The notes under the pieces were generated by a model. The model made no database searches. It had not been told where the DNA came from and was given only the letters and a program-made list of their open reading frames with translations. A program made the translations under genes and the position numbers. Of a stretch of DNA of 54,877 nt, positions 30,703 through 41,489 are shown in pieces (position 1 is the stretch's first letter; each line of letters starts with the position of its first letter). The stretch comes from Mycobacterium phage phiGD24-3, in sequence record MW314854.1. The stretch is one strand, 5' to 3'.

Positions 30703-30933
30703 TCACAGGTACCCGCCTCCGTAACTACCAGGTAGGAAGTAGCGCATGGTGTCCTCGTACACCGGTTCGGGTGATATGTGCTCCGGTCGAAGGGCGATCA
30801 CCGAGAACCCGTGGTTGGTGAAGTCCTGGAGGATAGACTCCATGTCCTCCAACTCCCGAATCACGATCGGCTGTACAGAATCCGGTAGGCCGAGAAAAGG
30901 TTTCTGCAGGAAGTTAAGCAATCGTCGGACCAC
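30703..30933 (-). CDS. hypothetical protein
   Basis: ORF. Confidence 0.5.
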   Translation of the reverse strand: MVRRLLNFLQKPFLGLPDSVQPIVIRELEDMESILQDFTNHGFSVIALRPEHISPEPVYEDTMRYFLPGSYGGGYL

Positions 30934-31096
30934 TATAAATACCTCCTTCGGGAACGGTTACAAATCCGCTCTGTAACCCCTCGTTGATCATCGCGACACA
31001 TGCTTTGAGAGTGGTTCGATCGTTCATATCCCGCAGCTCGTTGGCTATAGTTTTCAATGTGTCGGCGATCTCGCGGAACTGGGATTCAGTCAGCAT
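30914..31096 (-). CDS. hypothetical protein
   Basis: ORF. Confidence 0.45.
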   Translation of the reverse strand: MLTESQFREIADTLKTIANELRDMNDRTTLKACVAMINEGLQSGFVTVPEGGIYSGPTIA

Positions 31097-31334
31097 CCGA
31101 CAGCTCCTTTCTGATTTGTAGATAGATAAGAACGGGCCAACTCAGAATCAATGCAACCAACAACGTGGGGAGCCCAAAGACGAATAGAAACATCGCCAGG
31201 GTCTCGCTCCGCTCGGTAATCGGCCCGAAACGCCGGTCGGCTATTTCGTCCCACATTCGGTTGAATAGATACAGCGCGAACACCACGGACACGATGGTGT
31301 AGAAGATGATTCCGGTAGACAGTAGGAACGTCAT
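31086..31334 (-). CDS. membrane protein (2-3 TM)
   Basis: hydrophobic composition. Confidence 0.55.
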   Translation of the reverse strand: MTFLLSTGIIFYTIVSVVFALYLFNRMWDEIADRRFGPITERSETLAMFLFVFGLPTLLVALILSWPVLIYLQIRKELSDAD

Positions 31335-31744
31335 TTCGACGCCTTCGAGAGGTCGTATTCCAACTCGTTGATCCGACCGTTTAGTTCGTCAATCTTCTCT
31401 TCCAACCCCGCGATACGGAACTCTTGTTCGTCCCGCTGTTCGTCCAACCGATCGGCCTCGTCCAGCGCCTCGTGGGTACGACGAACCAGATCCGGCAGAG
31501 CGCCATGGATCGCGGTGATGAAGTTGGCGTCTACCTCATTCAGAAGATTCCCCAACAACTCTTGGTTCTGTTCTTCGTTCAGAGACCAGAGGTCCCAACC
31601 CTCCCCCGGCTCGCGGTACTCACCGCCGACCCCGTCATCCAGCCAGTCGTCGGGTTGTTCTTTTGGCATCCAGTAGGTTTTCTCTGCCCCGGTGGTTTTG
31701 GCCCACAGCTGATACAGCTCGTCTAGAAACTCGCGGATGTCCAT
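31331..31744 (-). CDS. hypothetical acidic protein
   Basis: ORF. Confidence 0.55.
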   Translation of the reverse strand: MDIREFLDELYQLWAKTTGAEKTYWMPKEQPDDWLDDGVGGEYREPGEGWDLWSLNEEQNQELLGNLLNEVDANFITAIHGALPDLVRRTHEALDEADRLDEQRDEQEFRIAGLEEKIDELNGRINELEYDLSKASK

Positions 31745-31897
31745 TCAGTCGCCCGTCAGAGCGTGGTCAAGATCATCAAACAAGTCTTGGGCTGTATCCG
31801 GTCGCACCAAGATCCGAAAGTGCCCCGAGCCGTTGGGATGCGGTAGCTCTTGCCCCTCGATGTCTAAAACGAACCCTTGATTTACTGCTGCGGTCAT
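31745..31897 (-). CDS. hypothetical small protein (50 aa)
   Basis: RBS GGAGGA directly downstream of a stoperator. Confidence 0.45.
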   Translation of the reverse strand: MTAAVNQGFVLDIEGQELPHPNGSGHFRILVRPDTAQDLFDDLDHALTGD

Positions 31898-31907
31898 GTT
31901 TCCTCCT

Positions 31908-31921
31908 GGTCGTATGTCAAG
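31908..31921 (-). promoter_or_regulatory. stoperator site GGTCGTATGTCAAG
   Basis: exact 14-mer. Confidence 0.75.
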
Positions 31922-31930
31922 TTAGAAACG

Positions 31931-32233
31931 TCACTGTGACGCTGGCTCATGCGGAATTACCTGCGCGGTAAACGACACAACGTAAAATTCCGACTCTGTT
32001 TCGGGAAGACCATGCACGGCCCGTACACTCTCATCGCCCCTGGTGTACTCAACGCGGTAAGTCATACCTGAAACCATCGTGCCCAGTTTCGAGAACGCGT
32101 CCGACGCGTTCCTCTCCAAAACCGGATACAAGTCGTCCCACGGTACGTCTTGATAGTACTGCTCTGACACCGTAAAGAAGGTGCAAACTTCCCTCGTGTT
32201 GGGTGTTTCGTTCATTTGTAAACTCCTACTCAT
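31931..32233 (-). CDS. hypothetical protein
   Basis: ORF. Confidence 0.55.
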   Translation of the reverse strand: MSRSLQMNETPNTREVCTFFTVSEQYYQDVPWDDLYPVLERNASDAFSKLGTMVSGMTYRVEYTRGDESVRAVHGLPETESEFYVVSFTAQVIPHEPASQ

Positions 32234-34010
32234 GTGAAGCCTCCATCCAGTTGGCCCCAGCCGGTCCGGCAGACACCGGGAACTCGACTCGCTGGCCTCC
32301 TACGGAGGGTTGAAACTTGGTTTCCATTAGGCGTACCAAGTAATCCCGGCACGCTTCCCAGTTCTCACGCGGAACCGAGAACAACACCGCGTCGTGGATC
32401 TGCGCCTTCACGCGGCGCAGGACGTGCGGCGGCATACGCAACAGCGCATCGCACACGATCTCCCGAGTACCGTTCTGGCCCTTCAGGGCCGGGGCCTGCG
32501 TGAAGATCCGGTCTTTCTCAACCCAGAGCTTCCGGCCCCACTCGTTCATCACGTACCCGCGTGTGGCTTCGTCACGGACCCGGTTCTGCCAGTCGACCAA
32601 CGCAACGAACGTAGAATCCATTCCGTCGCAGAACTTCTTGGCCGTCGTGAACGGCAATCCGGTCACCCGAACCAGACCGCCAGGACGACCACCGTAAGAC
32701 CAACCGTGCCCCAACGGCTTCGCCATCTGCCGGTACTTCTTCGGATCGGACTCCACTACTTCACGGCCCCACGCGGCTATCGCGTTGATCATGTGGCCGT
32801 CCGCTCCCGGCTCGAACCGCTCCGCGTACTTACGGTCCCCCGAGTAGGCAGCGACAATACGAGCGTCGGCGTTCGAGTAATCCAGCTCCAACAACACCTC
32901 GTCGTCGGAGTCCGGTACGAAGTACGACTTCTCCACCGCACCTTCACCTCTGGATGTCCAGACCGTCAACCCCGGTTCGGTGGTACTCCACCGACCCGAC
33001 CGTTGGAGCATCGTTATATCCGGGTGTACGAACCCGTCCGGGTGTGTCGAGTCCAACGCCAGTTGAGCCAACGAACGCTGGCCCTTCAGTTCAGCCAGCG
33101 CTTTTCCGAGATCTTCCGCAGACGTGCCTTTGGTCAGCTCAGTAAGAACCTCGCCACCCAACGACAGGTTTCCGGTAGACGTCTTCGTCCAGTCCTTCCG
33201 GGACTTCGGGGTGATCCCGTGATCGGCCAACGCCGCCATGATGGCTTCTTTACCGGCTGTCGTAGCCCACGGGCTCTTACCCTCGGTCGGCAGACCGTAC
33301 TTGGTCTGGAGTTCGGACAAGATCGCCTCACGGCGGACCCGGAGTTCTTCTACGCGGGCTTTGGCTGCCTCTACGTCAACCCGTAAACCGTTGGAGGATA
33401 TGACGGCAGCTCTTGCCGCTATCTCCTGTTCACGCAGCGCGTAGTCGTCCAGCTTGCCCTTCTTCAGAAGCTCTTGGGCCACCACTCGGGACGCTACAAC
33501 GTCACCGATCAGGTACTCCCGATACCGCTCGTCGTCCACCGGGATAGAACCGAACCCGCCGAACTCTTTGGCTAGCGCCTTCAGGTCGTGGGTCTTCCCC
33601 GGTACCCCGAGCTGGTGTGCCTGTTCGTCCAGGCTGAACCACCGCTTCATCTTGTCCGGGGAATTGGCAAGAGCGTTCTTGCCGTGGCGGTTGACGAACA
33701 TGTACGGGGCCGGATTGACCAACGCCGCGTGGGTCCAGGTGTCGTATACCCGTCGCTGTTGGGCTAGTTCTAGCGGTATGTCGGACTTGATACCGAACAC
33801 CGCTCGCAGGTCGAAGGCGTGGATGTTGTGTCCGATTATCCACCGGGCCTTGAGGATCTGGTGTTTGATCTCGTCCAGGTCGGTGGTCAGAACCACCTCG
33901 CCGTCACCCCACGCGTACCCGATCAGCCGTACGAACTCTTCCGGCTCCATCGAGTACATCAGCTCTGCCGAGTGCGTCTCGATGTCGAAAATCAATGTGC
34001 CCTCGGCCAT
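32226..34010 (-). CDS. DNA polymerase I (3'-5' exo + polymerase domains)
   Basis: N-terminal DEDD exonuclease motifs; family A polymerase motifs. Confidence 0.9.
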   Translation of the reverse strand: MAEGTLIFDIETHSAELMYSMEPEEFVRLIGYAWGDGEVVLTTDLDEIKHQILKARWIIGHNIHAFDLRAVFGIKSDIPLELAQQRRVYDTWTHAALVNPAPYMFVNRHGKNALANSPDKMKRWFSLDEQAHQLGVPGKTHDLKALAKEFGGFGSIPVDDERYREYLIGDVVASRVVAQELLKKGKLDDYALREQEIAARAAVISSNGLRVDVEAAKARVEELRVRREAILSELQTKYGLPTEGKSPWATTAGKEAIMAALADHGITPKSRKDWTKTSTGNLSLGGEVLTELTKGTSAEDLGKALAELKGQRSLAQLALDSTHPDGFVHPDITMLQRSGRWSTTEPGLTVWTSRGEGAVEKSYFVPDSDDEVLLELDYSNADARIVAAYSGDRKYAERFEPGADGHMINAIAAWGREVVESDPKKYRQMAKPLGHGWSYGGRPGGLVRVTGLPFTTAKKFCDGMDSTFVALVDWQNRVRDEATRGYVMNEWGRKLWVEKDRIFTQAPALKGQNGTREIVCDALLRMPPHVLRRVKAQIHDAVLFSVPRENWEACRDYLVRLMETKFQPSVGGQRVEFPVSAGPAGANWMEASHE

Positions 34011-34142
34011 TTCGCTCCTACTGGCGTGACTGGTACCCCATGATCATGTGGTAGATAACGCGCGTTGCGATGTGAGACTTTTCCTTGGAAAGACCTGAGC
34101 CATACAAGTAGGTCTGGAGAATGTGTTCCAGCGTTTCGTCCA

Positions 34143-34355
34143 CTAGTCGTCCAACCCCGAATACTGTTCGACCATGCGAACAGCGGTGTTTTCGAGGGTC
34201 TGGACGAACATCTGGATCTCGTCCGTATACGCACCCATCTGCGCGTAGGCGTGCTGCGTAGCCTTCAGGGCTGCCAACACCACAATCGGAGACAGACTGT
34301 GTGCCAGTATGTCTTTGTAAATCTCTTTCTCGATGTTCATCAAATGCCTTTCCAA
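34143..34355 (-). CDS. hypothetical protein
   Basis: ORF. Confidence 0.5.
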   Translation of the reverse strand: MERHLMNIEKEIYKDILAHSLSPIVVLAALKATQHAYAQMGAYTDEIQMFVQTLENTAVRMVEQYSGLDD

Positions 34356-34609
34356 TAAACGTGTTTGACGATCCGAGAGACCGTGGAATGGTTTACGTCG
34401 AAGATGACCGCCAATTCAGTCACCTTGTAGCCCTTGCGGTACATGTCCCGGATCTGCGAGACCTCGGACTTGGTCAGCTTCTTAGAGTTCGACGGTTGTT
34501 GTCGGATCTGAGATTTCAGCCGTTTGTTGACTTCGGTCAACCGTTCGACCTCGTCGTGTAGGGCGTCGTAGTCGTCTTGAGTCATGTAGATGTACTCGGT
34601 CGTAGTCAT
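34340..34609 (-). CDS. helix-turn-helix DNA-binding protein
   Basis: 'YKVTELAVIFDVNHSTVSRIV' HTH. Confidence 0.6.
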   Translation of the reverse strand: MTTTEYIYMTQDDYDALHDEVERLTEVNKRLKSQIRQQPSNSKKLTKSEVSQIRDMYRKGYKVTELAVIFDVNHSTVSRIVKHVYWKGI

Positions 34610-34833
34610 CGAACGGCCTTCCCCGTGTAGTACTCGACCAACTCCCACCGAAACGACGTGAAACTACCTGTGTCGCCGGTTAGTACCAGTTCGTCGCCGT
34701 CAAACGTCACTCGGCTCTTTGGCACCCGGATCGGTTCGTCTTCGCTGATTAGGTGGACCTCGAAGTCGAACACCTCCGGGGGAGGCGGGGGATCAAACCC
34801 CGCCCCCTCCATCAGTTCCTCGAATGCCGCCAC
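34606..34833 (-). CDS. hypothetical protein
   Basis: ATGA coupling. Confidence 0.5.
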   Translation of the reverse strand: MAAFEELMEGAGFDPPPPPEVFDFEVHLISEDEPIRVPKSRVTFDGDELVLTGDTGSFTSFRWELVEYYTGKAVR

Positions 34834-34836
34834 GGG

Positions 34837-35328
34837 CTATCGAATCCACTCCGCGTCGCACTGGTCCGGAGTTCCCTTGGGAGAAGGACACATAAACGCC
34901 TTCCAGGTCCGACCGTTCTTCGATCCGGTGCGGTACACCATCTCGCCGTGCTTGCACTGGCGGGAGTCACCATCCGGTGCCGACTGTGCCGCTGCCGGTG
35001 CGTTGGACCGAGCCTGTGCGGGTGCAGCCGGTGCCGAGGGGGTAGAACCACCACGGAAGTACGCCGCCGCCTTCTTCGACAGATCCAACAGTTCCTTGAA
35101 CTCCGGGTCTTTCAGAATCGCCTTAGCGTCTTCAACCGAGTTGGCATGGACTACCGTCCACGACGAGTCAAACCCCGCCCCCTCCTTGTAGGTAAGAACG
35201 ATCTTGCCCTCACCGTCCCCTACGGCGGCGGTCTTAACCACGGCGGGGGGTCGCCCTGCGTCGGAGGACACGGGGTTATCGGCTACAGCGGTCTTCGGTG
35301 CGAACGGGTCGTCATCAATATCAGTCAT
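34837..35328 (-). CDS. hypothetical protein with C-terminal Cys cluster
   Basis: RBS GAAAGG. Confidence 0.55.
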   Translation of the reverse strand: MTDIDDDPFAPKTAVADNPVSSDAGRPPAVVKTAAVGDGEGKIVLTYKEGAGFDSSWTVVHANSVEDAKAILKDPEFKELLDLSKKAAAYFRGGSTPSAPAAPAQARSNAPAAAQSAPDGDSRQCKHGEMVYRTGSKNGRTWKAFMCPSPKGTPDQCDAEWIR

Positions 35329-35545
35329 GTTTGCCTTTCGACTTCTTGAACAAAACACCGATCAGGTGATACGGATCGGTTTGAGAAGGCAGCCAATTCA
35401 GTAGGTGGGCTGCCGTTACTAGGACGAGCACGTAGATAGGTACCGGGTTCTTCTCCAGTCCCCTATCGACCGCCTCGGATAGGAGTTCGCCGTCCCGACA
35501 CGAGAGTTCGTGGTAGACAACGGCTGCGGCTATCGCCGCCCACAT
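35321..35545 (-). CDS. small membrane protein (start uncertain)
   Basis: hydrophobic ORF; overlaps the RNR 3' end if the longer start is used. Confidence 0.35.
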   Translation of the reverse strand: MWAAIAAAVVYHELSCRDGELLSEAVDRGLEKNPVPIYVLVLVTAAHLLNWLPSQTDPYHLIGVLFKKSKGKHD

Positions 35546-35564
35546 CTGGGCGCCGGTAAACGAC

Positions 35565-37616
35565 CTAGCGCACGGGACAGCTCCCGTTGCTGCACTCCTC
35601 GTCAACGCCGTCAGCGACGGCCTTAACCACTGACGACTCATATTCCTCCTTCGAGATTCTTTGGTAGGGCGCCTGCGGCAGTGAGGATTCCGGGAAACAC
35701 GTAGACCCCTTGATCAACCCTGCGAACTTCACCAACTGATCCGACACGTCTTTCGCCGTGTACTTGTCTGGGTTGAAGTTGGCGGTGAACGACACCGCGT
35801 TATCCGACCAACACGTCTGGTACATCGCCTGGAACGCCAACAACTCGTTGAGCGACAACTCATCCACCGACTGGACCAATTCTTCGGCCTGTTCCGGCCC
35901 GTAGATCGCCTCTACGTCGGCTACCAGAGAGTCCTTGGTAGGAATGGTTACCACCAACGTGTCCGGGGCGTACAGGTCCTTTTCGACGTGGTACCCCTGC
36001 TCTCGCAGTTCGTCCACCTGTTGCATGTCGTCGCCTCGGGTGTTGAACCGGATGCGCCGGTTGAAGTAGCGGGAGAAGATCGGGTGGATACCTTCTGATA
36101 CTCCGGGCATCTTGGCGATGGTCCCCGTGGGAGCCACCGTCCGTTTCTTAACCGGCACCGGGATACGGAGCTGGTGACAGAACCTCACGGCCTCGTCGTC
36201 CACGTCACCGGCCCACGAACGCAGCTTCGCCTTGAACTCCGGGTCACCCGGTGCGTCCGAGTACTTCCGACCGGTCATCGCCAGATACGAGGCCACCCCT
36301 AGGTGGCCGACACCGATTCGGCGGTTGCGGTCCAACACTTCTCGGGACTTCTCGTCACCTACGGCGGCAAACGTCGCCCGGATCAGGAACCGCGTCATCA
36401 GCTGGTGGGCTTTGTAGACCTCGTAGAGGGACTCCTGACCGTATTCGTCCACGAACGCGGCTAGGTTGACGTGTCCGAGATTGCACGGTTCCCAGGCTTC
36501 TAACGCTATCTCTGCGCAGGGATTGCACGCGATTACACCGTTCGGCTCTCCTCGGTTGTTGGCACTTGCATCCCACATACCTGGTTCGCCGTTGTGTACG
36601 GCACCCACAGACATCAAGTTCATCACCTTGTGAGCGACGATGCTCCGTGAGTCGTACGGGTCCATCGGGTGGTTGTTGTGTAACCAGAACTCTTCATCCA
36701 CCTCCACACTTATGTTGGTCGTCCAGTGTTTCCCCGATTCAGACTTGCAGTAGATGAAGTCGGTAATCTGCTCATCAGCCCAATGCATCATCGCCATGCG
36801 GGCCGACCGGCGAACACCACCCGCCACAACACACTTGGCGATCTCGTGGTCCATCTCCATCGCCGACATACCGTCCAGCCGGTGACCGTGTTTGTCACTG
36901 AGGATCTTCGACACTTCGATCAGCATGTGGGCCAACGGGAGCGGACCCGATGCACGACCACCGAACGTCTTCAGACGAGCGCCCGCATGCCGTATCCGCG
37001 ACACGTCGTAAACCCGGTTGAAGTGGACGGTGTCCTCCCGGTAGTGAGTGTCGATCAGGTCGACCAGCGCAGCCGCCCAACCCTCTCGGGAGTCCTCGAT
37101 AGGGTAGGCACCCTCCCACTCGTAGTCGTACAGCGTAGACAACACGCCTTCAGCCTTGAGCGTTTCGTAATCGGGATGCTCTGGGTCGCAGACGATTTCA
37201 ACCTGTAGGAAGTGTTGGATCAACGGGAAGTGCTGTAGGAACCTGTTGGAGTAGTTAGCCCCTACACCCCCGCCTTCCATCAGGCGCATGAACGTGAACT
37301 CGAAGTGATCCGAAGGTTTTTCGGTCCAACCCGATACCCAGCAGTTGAACAAGTGTTGTGCGTTCTTCACGCCCGACGCCCACAGATGACGACCAGCCGG
37401 GAGGATCTTGAAGTCCGTCATCAGACGGATTAGGTCTTCGCGTTCGTTCTCCAGCTCGTACCGCTTATCGACCAGTGCCAGATTCCCGTCGACTACTCGT
37501 TCCACTGTTTCCGGCCACTGCTCCTTTTCACCGTTGGGTTTTGTGCGGCTGTACGTTCTGCCGTAGACAATCTCTCCGGTTGGACCCCAATTCACCGCAG
37601 TCGTGGGTGTTGCCAC
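35565..37616 (-). CDS. ribonucleotide reductase (class II-like)
   Basis: 'CNPCAEIAL' active-site region; size. Confidence 0.85.
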   Translation of the reverse strand: MATPTTAVNWGPTGEIVYGRTYSRTKPNGEKEQWPETVERVVDGNLALVDKRYELENEREDLIRLMTDFKILPAGRHLWASGVKNAQHLFNCWVSGWTEKPSDHFEFTFMRLMEGGGVGANYSNRFLQHFPLIQHFLQVEIVCDPEHPDYETLKAEGVLSTLYDYEWEGAYPIEDSREGWAAALVDLIDTHYREDTVHFNRVYDVSRIRHAGARLKTFGGRASGPLPLAHMLIEVSKILSDKHGHRLDGMSAMEMDHEIAKCVVAGGVRRSARMAMMHWADEQITDFIYCKSESGKHWTTNISVEVDEEFWLHNNHPMDPYDSRSIVAHKVMNLMSVGAVHNGEPGMWDASANNRGEPNGVIACNPCAEIALEAWEPCNLGHVNLAAFVDEYGQESLYEVYKAHQLMTRFLIRATFAAVGDEKSREVLDRNRRIGVGHLGVASYLAMTGRKYSDAPGDPEFKAKLRSWAGDVDDEAVRFCHQLRIPVPVKKRTVAPTGTIAKMPGVSEGIHPIFSRYFNRRIRFNTRGDDMQQVDELREQGYHVEKDLYAPDTLVVTIPTKDSLVADVEAIYGPEQAEELVQSVDELSLNELLAFQAMYQTCWSDNAVSFTANFNPDKYTAKDVSDQLVKFAGLIKGSTCFPESSLPQAPYQRISKEEYESSVVKAVADGVDEECSNGSCPVR

Positions 37617-38104
37617 AGATCCATCAACCCTTTCTTCCTTGCCCGCCTAAGGGCAAGGGATATCTCGTTCTTCATCTCGATAGGCATATCCAGCAGCAAC
37701 ATGTTGCAAGTTCCACAACTTGGGACGACGTTGTCCTGCGTGTGGGCGAGCGCGTTGTCTATTCGGTCTAACCCACCCGATTCGGACTTCCCGCAATGGC
37801 TACAAGGACGCTTCATAATCTCCTTGGCCGTAGGCCAAGAAACAGGGGTGCCAGGTCGGCCGCGTGCCAGGTCTTTACCCAGGTAATGTCGGTAGCGTTC
37901 GTACGTTCGGTTAGATTCCCGGTACTTAGCGACCGCTGATCGGGTCTGCCCCCTATGGCGTGCGCGACATCTCCATCGTCCTCCGTCCCGCTGGCGGTTG
38001 TCCTTGTGCCATAACCAATGTTCCGTAGTGGGTTCTACATTCCCGCAGTACGTGCACATACTAGGCTTGGGTACCGGGTCATCCGCATAACTCACTTTGC
38101 CCAT
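37592..38104 (-). CDS. HNH endonuclease
   Basis: 'GGLDRIDN...CGTCN' plus N-terminal CxxC. Confidence 0.65.
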   Translation of the reverse strand: MGKVSYADDPVPKPSMCTYCGNVEPTTEHWLWHKDNRQRDGGRWRCRARHRGQTRSAVAKYRESNRTYERYRHYLGKDLARGRPGTPVSWPTAKEIMKRPCSHCGKSESGGLDRIDNALAHTQDNVVPSCGTCNMLLLDMPIEMKNEISLALRRARKKGLMDLWQHPRLR

Positions 38105-38224
38105 TCGCCGCCGCAAAACATCTCGCGGTCCTGTTGACTCCAGTTCTCTATCCGCATCCGCTTCTCGTGCGGGAAGAGTTCGGGAAACACTTCCGCCCTG
38201 TACATCTCGGAATGTGGCATCCCG

Positions 38225-39025
38225 TTAAACTGGCCGTCGAATAAGTTCATCACCGTAGAACTCCCTTCTATATGTAGTTATCGCCGTTACCTCCCCGGTT
38301 CGGTCCACTACCGGGATGATGTTGTCCCCGTGATCGATCAACGCCATCGCCACGTCACCGGTTGGGTCTCCGTGCTGCCCCTTGCGCTTTCGCTGTTCGG
38401 GGAACATCACGTCTTTGCTTCCGATGCCTTTGACGTCGTCCGCGATATACATCGCGTTGACCTCTTCGGTCAGAGACTTGACAGCGCGAATGAGCACGTA
38501 TTTTGCAGGGGAGTCCCTAGTGGGTACGACACCGTCGTCGTACCGAACTCGGATGGCCTCCGCGTGATCAGGCCACTTACGGCCCACGGACTCTATGGCT
38601 ATCGGCAACGCACCCATCAGATACTTGTTCGTGGACTCACCCCGAAGCGCTTCCCGTACTGAGTCAGACGAGTACAACGACTTGTCCTCGAACAGGTTTA
38701 ACTCGTAACGTTCCTCTGACAGCAGCTGTTCGGCAGCTTTGTTGGCCAGGTTCCGCACAAGCGGCGTTTGATCGTCTTCGATCAGTTGCGCGAACTGTGT
38801 TTGAACACTGGGGCGTTCGAGATACCAGACCCACATAGACTGAGCTAGATCGTCTAGATACTGGCTCTCATCCCAACCCCACTCCAACAACGCCTTCGCG
38901 GCGGCTCGTCGGAAGATCCCGTCTATTACTGTGTCAAGCTCAGCCAAAAGTCCGCCACAATCTCGTAGAACGTCAGATCGATTTGTGCCGATCCATCGGT
39001 ACGGGCTAGGTCCGCTTTCAACCAT
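38225..39025 (-). CDS. hypothetical protein (266 aa)
   Basis: ORF downstream of a stoperator. Confidence 0.6.
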   Translation of the reverse strand: MVESGPSPYRWIGTNRSDVLRDCGGLLAELDTVIDGIFRRAAAKALLEWGWDESQYLDDLAQSMWVWYLERPSVQTQFAQLIEDDQTPLVRNLANKAAEQLLSEERYELNLFEDKSLYSSDSVREALRGESTNKYLMGALPIAIESVGRKWPDHAEAIRVRYDDGVVPTRDSPAKYVLIRAVKSLTEEVNAMYIADDVKGIGSKDVMFPEQRKRKGQHGDPTGDVAMALIDHGDNIIPVVDRTGEVTAITTYRREFYGDELIRRPV

Positions 39026-39116
39026 GGACGGGTAGGGTGCAGAAGGTATTCATCTGTAGCCCTTTGGCTTCCAACCTTCAGGCGCACCCAACCATCTCCG
39101 ACCAACCGATCCGTCG

Positions 39117-39130
39117 GGTCGTATGTCAAG
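39117..39130 (-). promoter_or_regulatory. stoperator site GGTCGTATGTCAAG
   Basis: exact 14-mer. Confidence 0.75.
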
Positions 39131-39184
39131 TACGGCTCCTGTCAAAGACAGGGGCCTCCAGCTCATGAACTCCGTTCATAGCGC

Positions 39185-39952
39185 CTAGACCTCCCAAACT
39201 TCCCCGTCGACCGAGAATCGACCCTTCTTGATCTCTACGATTTCCGGTTTCACGTGCTGGCCGTCGACCGTCAGAAGTCCGAAACCCTGCTGCCAATTAG
39301 CAGTGCCGGATTTCAGGTAGTGGGCCAACGTCATATCCATCAGGTTCCCGACTTCCATACCTGTCAGCTGGGACGTCACCTTGCCGCCGTAACCTCGTGT
39401 CTCGGAGATGATTCCGAGTCGGTGGGTATGACCCATCACTACCGACTTGTTGAACTTCCGGGCCGCACCCATAGCGGTGTTACCGGCGATACGGTTCAGC
39501 GAGATACCGCCCAAGTGACCATGGGTAGAGACCCAACCCGGAGCGATGTCGTAGAACGTCGGCAACAACGTGATGTCGAATTGCTCGAAGTCACAAAGCA
39601 CTTCGATGTTGAACGCGTTGGTTCCCGCCAGCGCCGGGGAGTACTTCTCTAGATACGCGCGAGGACGCAGGTCGTGGTTGCCTTCGTGCATCCCGATAGG
39701 TCCGTCGTATCCGTCCCGCAGGACGGCCAACACCTTCTCCTGGAATCCTTTGACGTCGTTGTAGATTGAGCCCTCGAACTCCGATCGGGTGTCCTTGGAC
39801 CACCGTGCCGGTTGCGGGAAATCCAGACAATCACCGATCAACACAACCTCATCGGGGGCCGTATCATGGATGTACTGGATGACCGCTTTGACGGCCTTGC
39901 GGTCGTGATACGGCCATTGGATGTCCGAAATTATTGCCACACGTCTTGTCAT
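39185..39952 (-). CDS. metallophosphoesterase
   Basis: 'GDCLD...GNHD' calcineurin-like motifs. Confidence 0.8.
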   Translation of the reverse strand: MTRRVAIISDIQWPYHDRKAVKAVIQYIHDTAPDEVVLIGDCLDFPQPARWSKDTRSEFEGSIYNDVKGFQEKVLAVLRDGYDGPIGMHEGNHDLRPRAYLEKYSPALAGTNAFNIEVLCDFEQFDITLLPTFYDIAPGWVSTHGHLGGISLNRIAGNTAMGAARKFNKSVVMGHTHRLGIISETRGYGGKVTSQLTGMEVGNLMDMTLAHYLKSGTANWQQGFGLLTVDGQHVKPEIVEIKKGRFSVDGEVWEV

Positions 39953-40452
39953 GCGACATCCTTCCGCTGTTTGCTAGAGATTAGGTTGTGTACGTACGAT
40001 TGAGTTGTTCTGAATACACGTGCTATCTCGCGTTGTGTAAATCCCATCTCGTACAGGCGCTTGATCTCAACTACATCGTCAGCGGATAGCCTGACCCCTA
40101 ACCCCTTGTTGGTCATATGATCTCGCATATTGTCAGCGTGGGTGCCCCACTCTAGGTTGCTGACGTGATTGTGTTTCGGATTGTCGTCTTTGTGGAGAAC
40201 GATCGCGCCTTCAAACTGTGATTCCGCTAGGAAGGCTTCTGCGACAAGTTGATGTACACCCCTAAACTTTCTCCTAGGCCCATTTGAGAGAACTAGTCGC
40301 AAGTAACCGTCTGAGTCTTCTACTAGCTTTCTCGGACGGGGCTCGACGTAAAGGTTGCCCCGACCTGGTTTCCGGTAACTACGAACGTTGCCGTAGTTGG
40401 ACACTTCATACCCGTCCCAACCGATCACCGGTCGCCACTCCTCGTCAGCCAT
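39949..40452 (-). CDS. HNH endonuclease with NUMOD4-like N-terminus
   Basis: 'WRPVIGWDGYEVSNYGNVRS' and 'HKDDNPKHNHVSNLEW'. Confidence 0.75.
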   Translation of the reverse strand: MADEEWRPVIGWDGYEVSNYGNVRSYRKPGRGNLYVEPRPRKLVEDSDGYLRLVLSNGPRRKFRGVHQLVAEAFLAESQFEGAIVLHKDDNPKHNHVSNLEWGTHADNMRDHMTNKGLGVRLSADDVVEIKRLYEMGFTQREIARVFRTTQSYVHNLISSKQRKDVA

Positions 40453-40873
40453 CGAGCACCTCCGTGAACGGTCCGTGGTAATCGAACGCGTTGCGGTCGT
40501 CCGCTGTCCACGGTCCCGATCCGTCCCGCCCCCTAACAGACACATCGTCCGGGACGTCAGTAAGCGACAGCCACACTCGCGGTTCGGCTTTGGCAGTGTC
40601 GACCAGCTTCTCCGTCAGACCGGCGTACCCGGAGATGTCGACGTGATCGTCACGGTGATATTCGCCACGATCAACCGCCGCCTTGGACCGCGAAATCTTA
40701 AGTAGGACCATCATGTTGGCTACGTCAACCGGTGTTAACGCCTCGGTGAACGGGTACAGGTACGATGTCCAGAACTCCGCGATACGCTCAAACATAACCT
40801 TTGGGTCACCGTACTGCTCGGCCCTGTCCCCGTTGATGATCCGTTCTGCTTCTTGCAAAATGCTCTCTGTCAC
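40445..40873 (-). CDS. hypothetical protein
   Basis: GTG after an AGGAGGG RBS that overlaps a stoperator. Confidence 0.55.
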   Translation of the reverse strand: MTESILQEAERIINGDRAEQYGDPKVMFERIAEFWTSYLYPFTEALTPVDVANMMVLLKISRSKAAVDRGEYHRDDHVDISGYAGLTEKLVDTAKAEPRVWLSLTDVPDDVSVRGRDGSGPWTADDRNAFDYHGPFTEVLDG

Positions 40874-41160
40874 CGACCCTCCTGGTCGTATGTCAAGGGC
40901 GGTACGCCCGAAGGTGCGGATTGCTCGTAAGCCCGCACTACTTGTTTGATCACGTCTGGTTTGAACCCGACAATGGGTTGATGGGTCCACGACAACACCA
41001 ACGGGACCTGTTTGACGCCATGTTCTTTCAGAACATCCATCGCCCAGTCATTATCCGTTGTCGATATGTCGTAGTACTCGTACACCGCACCTTCGCGGTC
41101 CAACAGCTTCTTAACCTGTTCGCAGCCAGGGCAACCCGGCTTCCCGAATACTTGAATCAC
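40870..41160 (-). CDS. NrdH-like glutaredoxin
   Basis: CPGC active site. Confidence 0.75.
   Translation of the reverse strand: MIQVFGKPGCPGCEQVKKLLDREGAVYEYYDISTTDNDWAMDVLKEHGVKQVPLVLSWTHQPIVGFKPDVIKQVVRAYEQSAPSGVPPLTYDQEGR
40884..40897 (-). promoter_or_regulatory. stoperator site GGTCGTATGTCAAG
   Basis: exact 14-mer. Confidence 0.75.
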
Positions 41161-41489
41161 ACTGCCACCGACTGTCCATCGGGTAGGTAGGGGTTATCAG
41201 GCCACGAGATCCTCTCTAACGTGCCCCAGCCATCCGCGCCGTCGTTGTCGAACCGCTGGAACACGCCTCCGTAGCTGGCGACTAGGAACCTTCGAAGGCC
41301 AAATACCCAGTCCTGCATAGCTCCATCTCGATATGTATTCTCCCGGCGCTTCGGGGGTAACGGTGCCACTTCCTCACTACCTGCAAATGGGTTGTCCACG
41401 CGTCGGCGTACAGATCCAGGCTTGGGCAGAACTACGAACGCCCGGTCGGTCACAACCCGTCCTTGCTGTACTTTTCTGCGAAGTCCCAC
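41157..41489 (-). CDS. hypothetical protein
   Basis: ORF. Confidence 0.45.
   Translation of the reverse strand: MGLRRKVQQGRVVTDRAFVVLPKPGSVRRRVDNPFAGSEEVAPLPPKRRENTYRDGAMQDWVFGLRRFLVASYGGVFQRFDNDGADGWGTLERISWPDNPYLPDGQSVAV

Noticed and set aside
34018-34143. Tiny minus-strand ORFs (41 aa here; also 38092-38250, 44794-44892, 51895-52008)
   Set aside because: Plausible given ATGA/GTGA coupling but too short to support without comparative or expression data; left out of the feature list or given low weight.
38926-39129. 67-aa ORF downstream of the stoperator at 39117
   Set aside because: Its only start is a TTG lying inside the stoperator itself and it overlaps the 266-aa gene; more likely untranslated leader.
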